Shown here: positions 26,536 to 37,200 of the stretch, piece after piece
How the letters are laid out: every line of letters starts with the position of its first letter
Position numbering within the stretch: the stretch's first letter is position 1
Assembly: GCF_038025025.1 (NCBI RefSeq)
Contig: NW_027117346.1
Location: 1,612,001 to 1,676,000 of the forward strand
DNA from: Phyllosticta citribraziliensis
Lineage: Eukaryota
DNA: 64,000 nt
Direction of reading: 5' to 3'
Position numbers and translations under genes: made by a program
The notes under the pieces: generated by a model
Databases searched by the model: none
Told to the model about the DNA's origin: nothing
Seen by the model: the letters and a program-made list of their open reading frames with translations, nothing else

Positions 26536-27636
26536 CTACTCCATTTTGCTAGGCACGAACCGCTTTTTATCTCCCAGGCTCGTTGCTGCTTCTGAGTACG
26601 GGTAAAAGGTGAAACCATGAGGCGCTCCAGGGTAGAGCTTCAAAACTGCTTCTTTACCGCTCATCTGCCATTTCGCAGCCATCATGATGCTATCATCCAC
26701 CATAGGATCCTCCGTTCCAACTTTGAAGAGCGCTGGAGGCAAAGCTCCTCTACTCAATCGGGCGTAAATGGGCGAGATTGATGGGTTTCGGCGTTGCTCA
26801 ATCGAGTGGTCGGGCAAAAAGGTGTTGATGCAAAGCTCAATGTTTGGTCTGTCGGTAACGAGGTTTTTGTCGCAGAGGTGGACTGCCGGAAGCAAAGTCG
26901 CAAGCTCGTAGATTCCGTAGTGGAGAATGAGACCCTTCAAAGCAAAGCTAGGCTGAGCCCTGTGGGGATGGAGGGCGGTGACCACAGAAAGATGTGCACC
27001 GGCCGACTGTCAACATCAATTCGATCAGCCATTGAACATCAATGCAGACGGACCTGTGGCGTCATACCTCGCCGCCTATGAATTGCAGGTGTGCCCCATA
27101 ATTTGGCCTCGCTATTCTCACCAACCATTCAGCGGCGTCGATGCAATTAGGGATGCTCTGGAGCCAGCCGATACCCAACGCTGACGAACGACTGCGAGGC
27201 CGCAATTGTCGGCCATCCATTTGAGCAGCTCGTCGTTTGAATCTTCTCCCTTGAAAACCCAGCCGCCGCCATGAAGATGCATCATGACGCCTTTGACTTG
27301 TCCGCCTTCCGGCTTGGAGAGGCGACAGCGAATCTCGCGTCCAACCTCGCGCGACGGTATCTTGAAGTTCACCCCCGATTCGAGCACAACGACCTTGGGC
27401 AGCGACCCTTCGCCGTTCCGACGCATTTCTCGATATTGAGCGGCTCCAATCTGCAGCGCTATAAGTCACCATTGTTTCTCACGAAGCCGAGGGCGGTGTT
27501 CTTTTGGTACCTCATGCCAGAAACGTGCTGCTTCAGAGTTGGCCTCGCATGCTTCGTTGAGTTCGATTGTCTGTCGGCTGATCGCCTTAGGGTCAAACTT
27601 GAACGCATCAAGCACCAAATCACTGGCAAGAGACAT
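26536..27636 (-). pseudogene. Disrupted alpha/beta hydrolase (HSL-family esterase/lipase)
   Basis: HGGGW, GGE|SAG (GxSxG split by an intron), GTEDP and GAPHGF are present. The frame shifts at ~27187 just before VSVGYRLAPEHP, which is followed by TAA (27149-27147) and another frame change before CIDAAEWL. Confidence 0.75.
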
Positions 27637-28177
27637 GGTGCCGGCCGAGTATGAAGCTCAACGGCAGGGCCCCAATCGTGCGCATCTCCACCGGGTCCTC
27701 TTAAGGACGGTGCATGCAGATTCCATCAGCCTCTTGCTTCCAAAGTGACACAGGCATGGTGTTGGCGCGTAGTACTGCGTCTACTCGATCCGGACGTTGG
27801 CAAACCGGACAATCGTCACGAACACAAGCGCGGGGTCGGACGGCCCCAAAAGCTTCACGGCTCCGCTGTCACCTTTCAGCTCCAACCTCTTTCGTTTGAG
27901 CACCAAAGTGCCCGGTGTTGCAGCTGCCATAGCAGTGCCATAGCAGGTCACCGGCTTTGATCGTCGCTGCTAACCAAATGTCTTCTCCTTTGCAGGTTTT
28001 CAAGCTTCCTTTTCCAGCCGCTCCGCCAATGGGTACAAGGACCGGAATACTAGACGCGCACGCCAATGCAGCTCGAATCCTACGACTCGATTGGGCAAGC
28101 ATGGCTCGAAATCATGTGAAAATACGTCAAGACATGGGTTCGACTGGATTGGTCCAACGTTTCTTTGTTATCCGTCT

Positions 28178-28720
28178 GCCAAGCGGATGATGAAGAGCGT
28201 CACGAGACGACCCTTGCATCCACGAATCGCAGCGCAAGCTTCCCACGCCATCTCCTTAACCAGGAAACAAGTCAGGCGTCTCCTCAAGCCCGTTCTCCAT
28301 TGTTCCAGTGCGCCGAAGCGCCAGAGTGCAGTGTGTTCGTGGCGATTGGGAGCTGACTGGCGTTTGGCATCCTCTCCACCACAGGTCTGCTGACGATTAG
28401 GTGTTTTATCTGGGGAGGGCCAAGCAGCCGAGCCATGCAAAGCCTTGGAGAGCCCCGCTTTCCGTGAGCTCGCCGTCTCTTGACATCGGCCCTGGCTGGC
28501 GGAACCTGGCGGCCGCCCACGCGTGCGTCAGTACCTCCCATGAGGCTACCAACAAAGCTGCCGCTAGGCTATCGTCCTCATGCTTGGATAGTTTGGATAC
28601 GCTATTTAACTACTACTCTATCCGCTGTCCCCCGTCGGCCGCGTGCGCTGTTCTTGCTTGCACTGCCCTTCTTAAACACATCCACCAGCAGCCAGCCTCA
28701 CCAATCAGCTCTCGGCCAAG
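28178..28720. promoter_or_regulatory. Cluster of five PacC/Rim101 consensus sites (GCCARG) upstream of the ENA ATPase
   Basis: GCCAAG at 28178, 28419 and 28715; CCTGGC (reverse complement of GCCAGG) at 28491 and 28505. Confidence 0.55.
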
Positions 28721-28746
28721 CCTCTACTTCTTTGCAAACTTAGTGA

Positions 28747-31700
28747 ATGGGGATAGAGGACTCTACCCTTGATGTCGAGGAGTCGACTGAACCTCCTTTA
28801 GGTGGCTCTTCGAGCAACCTAAACAACACTGAAAAACTCGCCTATCGAGGGCTGAAGTCGGACGAGACTGTGGGCATATCGAGCAAGACCCTCACGCCCG
28901 GGCTCTCATCCATCTCGTCGTTTGAGAGCCTCTGCAACGAAAAGGGCTACTACGCCGACTCGCACACGGTACCTGCGGCTATCGTCGCCCAGGTCCTTGG
29001 CGTTGACCCCAAGTACAACCACCGTCCTTGATCCCCATTCATTGGCAGGCTGAGTCTAACTGTGCCAATAGACATGGACTCGCTCGTGCCGAGGCCGCAT
29101 CGCGTCTGCATCGCGATGGGCCTAACAAGGTTGAGGGAACTAAAGGGCTTTCCATGTGGAAAATTCTGTTAAGACAAGTCTCGAACAGTCTGACCTTAGT
29201 ACGTGGAAAACCGCAAAACAAAGACGGCAGCCCAATCATTACAATGCGGCATTGAAAGGCGACGAGCGCAATCCTGGGTCCTCCGCTCCATGGCAGGCCC
29301 CAGCGAAGCGCTGAACGCCACTCTCTAACTGAAGTTTAGGTCCTCTTCATTGTCATGGGCTTAGGCTTTGGTATTGATGACTACATCGAAGGCGGCGTCG
29401 TGACGGCAGTCATTGTGCTCAACGTGGTTGTTGGGTATGGCATTATCTGCCCCAAGAAATCCGCTGATGCTAATTTTGGCTAGGTTCGTCCAAGACTACC
29501 ATGCGGAGAAGGCCATCATGTCCCTGTACGCTCTGTCCGCTCCCGTGTCCAAGGTGATACGGGATGGCAACGTGGACCAAGTCAAGGCAGAGACGCTGGT
29601 CATTGGCGATGTCGTCCAACTAAACGTGGGCGACATTGTCCCCGCCGACGTGAGGCTTGTTGACGGCATCAACATTTCTACTGACGAGGCTCTTCTGACA
29701 GGCGAGTCGATGCCTGTCTCCAAGAACCCGAGCAAAATCTTCGAAGCCCCTGATATACCCATCGGGGACCGCATCAACATGGCCTACTCTGCGACTACCG
29801 TGACTCAAGGAAGGGCCACGGGCATTGTGATTGCGACTGGAACCAAGACGGAGATTGGCAAAATTGCAGAAATGCTGCGCGGTGATGGCACTCCCAAAGA
29901 AGAGAGCCGACTCAAGCGCAGCTGGACGAAATTCAAGAATGCAACCATGGTGATTCTTGGCTTGGAAGGCACTCCACTGCAAGTCAAGCTTAGCAAGTTT
30001 GCGCTGCTCCTCTTTGCCCTGGCCATCACATTGGCCATCATTGTCTTTTCCTCGGCCAAGTTCAAGCTACGGGGCGAGGTCCTGATTTACGGCATTTGCG
30101 TCGGCGTGGCTGTCATTCCAGAATCGCTGATTGCCGTCCTCACCATTACCATTGCTGCGGGTACAAAGGCCATGGCAAAGGGAAATGTCATCGTCCGAAA
30201 ATTGGCCTCTCTCGAGGCTGTAGGCGGCGTCACAAACATCTGCTCGGATAAGACCGGCACTCTCACTCAGGGCAAAATGGTGGCCAGAAAGGCTTGGATT
30301 CCAGAGACGGGCACGCTGACTGTGCACGACACGAACAACCCTTTTGACCCAACGAGTGGCTTTGTAAAGATCAACGACGTCGAGGTTGGGCTGGGAGAGG
30401 ATGAAAAGACGCCGGAGCCCCTGGATCTGTTCCTCAGGGCGATTGCACTTTGCAACCTGGCGTCCGTCTTCAAGACTTCGCCAGACGATGCATCCATCAG
30501 CACTGCCTCCACGTACGGATCTGACTGGGTCACCGTTGGTGAGCCGACCGAGATTGCCCTCCAGGTTCTTGCCATGCGTCTCAACTCGGGCAAGGCGTCG
30601 CTAATGGGAGACTATAGCCTGGAGCTCCTGAATGAATATCCCTTCGACTCGAACTTCAAGCGCATGTCCGTCGTCTACGGCGACAAGTCGGAAAATGGCA
30701 TCCACGTCTACGCAAAAGGCGCGCTCGAAGTCATGCTGCCATCTCTTCGGGCTCCAGACGCTGAAAAGGCCAAGATTAGTGCCACGGCAGAGGAAATGGC
30801 CGGCCAGGGACTTCGAGTGCTCTGCGTAGCGCACAAGCTCGTCCAGTACCATGAAGAAGATCAAGTTGCTGAGCGCTCGTCCGCAGAGTCCAACCTCAAC
30901 TGTGTCGGGCTCGTCGGCATTTACGACCCTCCCCGGCCAGAGACTGCCGAAGCCGTGCGGCGATGCCAGATAGCGGGCATCACGGTGCACATGCTGACGG
31001 GCGACCACATCAAGACGGCGACGGCCATTGCCCACGAGGTCGGTATCTTGAAGTCGTTTGGATCCAGAGCGGCTGCTTCGGCCATCATGGCGGCTGCGGA
31101 CTTTGACCGGCTTTCTGACGACGAGATTGACGCGCTGGAGACTTTGCCCTTGGTTCTCGCTCGCTGCAGCCCGTCGACCAAGGTCCGCATGGTCGAGGCC
31201 ATGCACCGCCGCAAGGCCTTTTGCGCCATGACTGGCGACGGTGTCAACGATTCTCCTGCTTTGAAGCGCTCTCCTATCGGCATCGCTATGGGTCTCAACG
31301 GGTCTGATGTGGCCAAGGAGGCCGCCGATGTTGTGCTGACTGATGACAATTTCGCGTCCATTGTCAAGGCGATTGAAGAAGGGCGAAGGCTTTTTGACAA
31401 CATCCAGAAGGTACGCTTATCACTCAATCTTTAAGTGGTGCAATCTAACCAAACCATCGCAGTTCCTCTTGCACCTCCTCATCTCCAACATCTCGCAAGT
31501 GATTCTCCTCCTCATCGGCCTCGCCTTCAAAGACTCGGGCGGCCACTCCGTGTTCCCGCTCTCCCCGCTCGAAATCCTGTGGGTCAACCTCATCACGTCG
31601 TCGTTCCTGGCGCTGGGCCTGGGCGTCGAGGAAGCCCAGCCCGACATCATGTACCGGCCGCCGCACTCGCTGCAGGTCGGCGTCTTCACGCGCGAGCTCA

Positions 31701-32272
31701 TCGTCGACAAGTTCATCTACGGCTCCTTCATGGGCGGCCTGTGCCTGGCATCCTTCACGTCGGTGGCGTACGGTGCCGGCCACGGCGACCTCGGCCACAA
31801 CTGCAACGTCAGCTACAACGACAGCTGCGACTACGTGTTCCGCGCCCGCGCGACCACGTACGCCACCATCTCGTTCCTGCTGCTCGTCACGGCGTGGGAG
31901 GTCAAGCACTTTTCGCGCTCGCTGTTCAACCTGCACCCGCACTCGCCGGCCGAAGGGGCCGAAGACGAGCGCACGTTCGTCCAGAAATACCTCTCCGTCT
32001 TCGCCGCCGTCTGGCGCAACCGCTTCCTGTTCTGGGCCGTCGTCGCCGGCTTCGTCATCACGTTCCCCGTCGTCTACATCCCCGTCGTCAACCGCGTCGT
32101 CTTCAAGCACAAGGACATCACGTGGGAGTGGGGCATCGTCGTGGCGTGCGTCGTGTCGTACCTGGCGGCCGTCGAGAGCTGGAAGGCGGTCAAGAGGCGC
32201 ATGGGCTGGGGCAGTGGCCGGTACGGCAAGGCCTTGACCGCTGGCGAGGCGGAGTTGAGAGCTGGGTTGTAG
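28747..32272 (+). CDS. ENA1: P-type Na+/K+ efflux ATPase (ENA, type IID)
   Basis: DEALLTGES, IPESL, CSDKTGTLTQGKM, GEPTEIAL, DPPRPE, MLTGDH, MTGDGVNDSP, EEGRRLFDNIQK and FRARATT. Four introns. Confidence 0.92.
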
Positions 32273-32744
32273 GCCGACCCTGGCGGTGGATGATTTTGTG
32301 GGGCCAAATTGAAGAAGAGGGAGACAATCAACAAATTGGAGACAAACACTGATGGTCGTAATTGCGAGACTTTGGGAGTTCACAACTAAATTGGCACTGT
32401 TTGGAATCTGGGAGGTCGGTTTCTTTGTCTTGTCGCCCACGCTCGTTTTGTTTCGGTTTTTGTGTCTTGGTAGCAGTCGCTCGTTTATAATGTTGACAGA
32501 TTGAATAAAGAAGTCTGCTTGCCTGGCTAGTCTGACCTTTGGATGCGCTGCGGTTCATCGTCTGGTGATGTCGAGGCTTGGTGCCGGAAGCCGTGGCACG
32601 CACGAGGAGATTGTCCGGGTTGGATAACAAATGGTGAGCATTCACACATTCCAACCGGAAACCGACAGAGAGCATTCAATCACGATCAAGACATAACGGT
32701 GAAGCAAACAACTGATTGTGATTTATAGGTGAAAACCCCCAGTA

Positions 32745-33420
32745 AACTGGGATACCCACCCGCCCAGGCTTTTGAGGAGACGAGCAGCCCTGACTCGACT
32801 TCCACTTCCAAGAACAGGTGTCCGAGGATGGGGTATACAGGAGGGGGTTTGTGATACAGGCGGGGAAAAGGAGAAGGAAAAAAAGGAAAAAAAGAAAACA
32901 AAAGTTGTCCCCCCAGGAGAAACTCACACTGGGTTACCCACCCGCCCAGGCTTTGGAGGAGAGGAGCAGCCGCGACTCGACTTCCACTTCCAAGGACAGA
33001 GTCCGAGGATGGGGTATGAAGGAAACAAAAAGAAAAAGGGAGAAAAGGAGAAAAGGAAAAAAGGAAAACAAAAAATGTCCCCCAAGAGAAACTCAAACTG
33101 GGAACCCGCCCGCCCAGGCTTTTGGGGACCGAGCAGCCGCGACTCGTTTTTTCCGCTTCCAAGGACGAATCCGAGGATGGGAATTGGGGGATGCAAAAGA
33201 GAGAAGGGAGAGAGAAAGAGAGAGAAGAGAGAGGAGAGAGGAGAGAGAGGAGAGAGAAGAGAGAAAGAGGAGTCACATCGCCCGCCGCTTCCAGGGACGA
33301 GTCCGAGGATGGGAATTGGGGGATGGAGAGAGAGAGAGAAAGGAGAGACAGAGAGAGAGGAGAGAGAGAGGTCACATCACCCGCCGCTTCCAAGGACGAG
33401 TCCGAGGATGGGATTTGGGG
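32745..33420. repeat. Five-copy degenerate direct-repeat array with a conserved ~26-nt core and purine-rich spacers
   Basis: Core CTTCCAAGGACGAGTCCGAGGATGGG (with variants) starts at 32805, 32987, 33156, 33288 and 33387. Copies 1-3 also share CTGGG..CCCGCCCAGGCTTT..GAGCAGCC..GACTCG; copies 4-5 share GTCACATC.CCCGCCG. Confidence 0.9.
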
Positions 33421-34283
33421 ACGGAGAGGAGAAAGAAAGAAAATACAGGAGGGGTGCTGGAGGAGAAGGAGGAAAGGTTCTGGGCGGGGAGGCCGCAAAG
33501 CTTTATACTTTTGCGGACTGGGCCAGGGGGGGCTACGTAGGCAAGCAAACGAAGGGTCGGATCACTTGTTGAGATGGGGATATGATTCCGTGGGTTGAGA
33601 GATGGAAGTTTGGTACAGGGACACTTTTTTTTGGGGCGAGCGCCGGAGCGAAGTTGGGTACAGGGTCATCTCAGACACATCCAAGGGAGGGAATCGGGGG
33701 GCGGAGCATCCACGCCAACAAGAGAGGGCGAGTAGGAAGCGTTCAGGACTCATCGATGATTGTTGAGTGCGGCATTTCAAGGTTGCGTGTGACATTTCCT
33801 TGGGACGGTGCTTCGGACAAAACATGGTAAGAGGGAAGAAGAGGAGTAACATTAATACGAAGGTAAAACTACCCAACGACTCACCTTCTATCCACGGAAC
33901 CTTCCCTACTCCTGCTGCTACCTGCACTTACGACCGCAACGGTACCAGCAGCACCAACCAACTGGGAAACCAGTAAATAGCCAGAAGGGCTGTCCCCTTT
34001 CCCCCTTTCCCCCTTTCCCCCGTCGCAACCTCTCCTGCTCCCCTTCGAATATTTACCACAGGAACAACAGTAATAGCAAAGGAAAACCCCTAGACAGACA
34101 CAAGCGCGTAAGAACTACAGAAGAAAAGAAACCTTGTTTACTTGACCATCGTCTTCCTCTTGTTCCCCAAAGAATCCGTCCGTCCTTTAGTCTATAAGGC
34201 AAGGTACAAGAGGCGCGGTTGCTACAGCAACCGGTGGGGAATCCACTGTCCAACTTCCCTCAATCCATATACAGCCTTCGACT

Positions 34284-37200
34284 CTAATCCTCCCTAGCCG
34301 CTGCCTTCGCTGCCTTGACCCTCGCCTCACTCGCCCTCTTCGCATCCTTCTCCAGCACAGCCAAGTCACCACTCATCTCGCACATTCCACGGAAGACGCC
34401 CTTCTTCTGGCGTACCAGGTCCCAGGGGTCACCGTACTCGACGACCTCGCCGCGGTCGAGCACAAGCACCTTGTCGTAGTCGATGATGGTCTGCAGGCGG
34501 TGTGCAATGGTGATGGTGGTGTTGCGAATCTCGCGAATCGTCTCTTGGATCTTGGCGTCGGTCGCATAGTCGATGGAGGCCGTCGCTTCGTCCATGAGCA
34601 GCACCTTGGGCGCCTTGAGCAGAGCGCGCGCCAGGCAGAGTAGCTGCCGCTGGCCCTGCGAGAGGTTGGACCCAGACTCGGCCACAACCGACGAGAGGTT
34701 GAGGAAGATGTTCTTGTTGTCTGGCAGCAGGTCTATGGTGCTCGACGCGGGCGTCGCGGCGATGCTGCTGTTGCCGTTCTTGCCTCTTGCTGGCGAGCCC
34801 TTGGGTAGTTCGAGCTTGTTGGTGCTGCCCGACGGCGAGGGCGGACGCGTCGTGTTTGCTGATGCTGTGGCAGAGCCCACAAGTTGCACGCGGCGAAGGG
34901 CAGTGAAGATTTCTTCGTCGGTGAAGAGGTCGAAGGGATCGAGATTGCTGCGAATTGTGCCGCTAAATAGCGTGGGATCTGTATCGAGTTAGTTGACGTC
35001 TTTCGAATCAGGAGAAAATCTCACCTTGCGGGACCATGACGATGTTCTCCCGCAAATCCTGCAGGCCAATCAAACCAATGTCGACATCGTCGACGAGGAT
35101 CTTGCCTTCCTCGGCCTCGAGCGCTCGGAATAGGGCGAGTGCCAGAGAGCTCTTGCCAGCACCTGTGCGACCAACAACACCCACCTTTTCTCCTGGGAGA
35201 ATCTTGAAGGTGATGCGCTTGAGCACAAAGTCAAAGTCTTGCCTGTAGCGAGTGCTGTAACCGATAAACTCGACGGCGCCCTTGCTCGGCCAGTTCGCCG
35301 GAGGCCTGTTTTCCTCGACGACTGGCGGAGCCTCTTGATCCACATCCAGATACTCCTTGATACGTTCCACCGAATTCATGTTTTGCTCATTGGCGGCATA
35401 CAGGCGGACGAACCAGAGAACGTTGTCGGTGAATGTCACAGCGTAAGTCATGGCGAGACCGGCCGCACCCGCATCCAGTTTGCCTATGCTCGAAATGACA
35501 AACGCACCGGCGAAGAAGGAAACCATGGAGCCAATGACATCGACACGGAACGCGAGCCATCTGTTAGCAGCCCAGAGGTAGATGAAAGGTCTGTTGTGCG
35601 TATTGATGCGGCCGAGATTCTCGCGGATGAACCGACGCTCGTCACCGTAGGCACGGATGGTGGTCATGCCTGACAAGGTCTCTCCGAATTGTTGGTAGAG
35701 CGGGCTGCGCTGTACCGATTCTAGACGCTTCAAGTCGCGAGATGAATTAATGTAGAACATGCCAATCAGGAAGAATAGGGCAGTGATGAAGATGCCAGCG
35801 AGCAAGAAAGCCGGAATGATAACAGAGATGAGGACGACGACGGTGATGATGGAGGCCAGGCAGTGGACTACGCCGATTGCGACTGGTGCAATCTCCTGAT
35901 CAATGGATTCGATGTCCTTGGAGAACCTGTTCATGAGCTGACCCAGGGGAGTCTGGTCAAAGAAGCGGAACTTGGCGTGCATGACCGTCTGAACGAGGCG
36001 TTCATGAATCCTGCGAGACGCGGCCAGGGATCCGGCAAAGAGAACGCCCTCTCTGAGCAGCGTGATGATGCAAAAAACGACACCGAGCAACGCATAGACG
36101 CCGAGATAATAGCCAGCATTGACGTAGCTGCTGCTGCCAGAAGTCATGGAAATTTGGAGGGCATCACTGGCGGCATGGTCGGGCTTTGGCTGGGAGAACC
36201 ACGGAATCGGCCAGACGCATGTTCCACTGGTCAAGCAGGATCCAATTCCGTTGGCAGTCCCCAAATGAGTTATGTGCTCAGAATGCTTTTCGGCGCCGAA
36301 GATGCCAACTTGCTTGACCTGGTAGGCATTGGCCCACTGGCGGATCCAGACGTTTGTTGAGACGGAAGCACCCTGTTGAGCAGCAAAGACGGCAAAAGCG
36401 GCCAGCCAGTACCACCATGTGCCCATGGATTTGAGGTACATGATGATGATGCTCATCTTGACACCGCCGACTGCCTTGGTCTCCTCCTGCGAGTCTGGCT
36501 TCTTTTCCTTGGCGACCGTTCCATTGGCAGATCCATTCGCATTGCCGTTCGCGTGGCCATTCTCTCCTATAGCCTCCTCGCCTCCAACATCAGAAGGCAC
36601 TCGAGATGCAATGCGCGAGGGTCCACGCGATACGGGTCGCGATTTGGAGAGGTCCTCGCTGAGCTTTCCGGAATCAATGACTTCGGTGGGCGTGCCCTGA
36701 GCAGCAATTTTGCCATTTTCGAGGACGATGGCGAACTCGGAGTGAGGCAGACAGAGGGAAACATTGTGCGTGACCAAGACGCAAGTCCTGTTGTACATGA
36801 GGGGGCCCAACAGCGCCTGGTCAAAGATCCACTTGGCCGTATGCGAATCGACTGCACTAAGGACATCGTCGAGCAACACATGACGGGCCTTGCTATAGAG
36901 TGCACGAGCGAGAGAGATGCGTTGCTTTTGGCCTCCAGACAAGGTGACGCCCTTTTCGCCGACGAGCGTCTGATCCCCAGCATCGAGAATCTCCAAGTCC
37001 CTCTGAAGCGAGCAAGCAATAATTACATTCTTGTATCGCTTCGGGTCAAAGGGGCCGTTGAAGACAATGTTCTCCTTGATGGTGCCATTCATCAACCAAG
37101 CCTGCTGAGCACAGTACGCGACGCTTTCGGTGAGGCCAGTTTCGGGGTCAGGGACCAAGTCCTCGCGGCAACGCGCGCCCGGCAGGGACACTTTTCCGTC

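Noticed and set aside
32805..33412. Hammerhead or HDV-like ribozyme in the repeat core
   Set aside because: No CUGANGA/GAAA core, and although UCCUCG is present I could not build the HDV nested pseudoknot. A covariance-model search would be needed to exclude it fully.
32745..33420. CRISPR array interpretation of the five-copy repeat
   Set aside because: Eukaryotic context, no cas genes, degenerate repeats, and spacers that are low-complexity, unequal in length and partly homologous to each other.
32818..33540. ORF with repeated FQGRVRGWELG flanked by basic residues as a Kex2-processed peptide or pheromone precursor
   Set aside because: It starts at GTG, has no signal peptide, the copies fall in different frames, and the basic residues come from GA microsatellite spacers.
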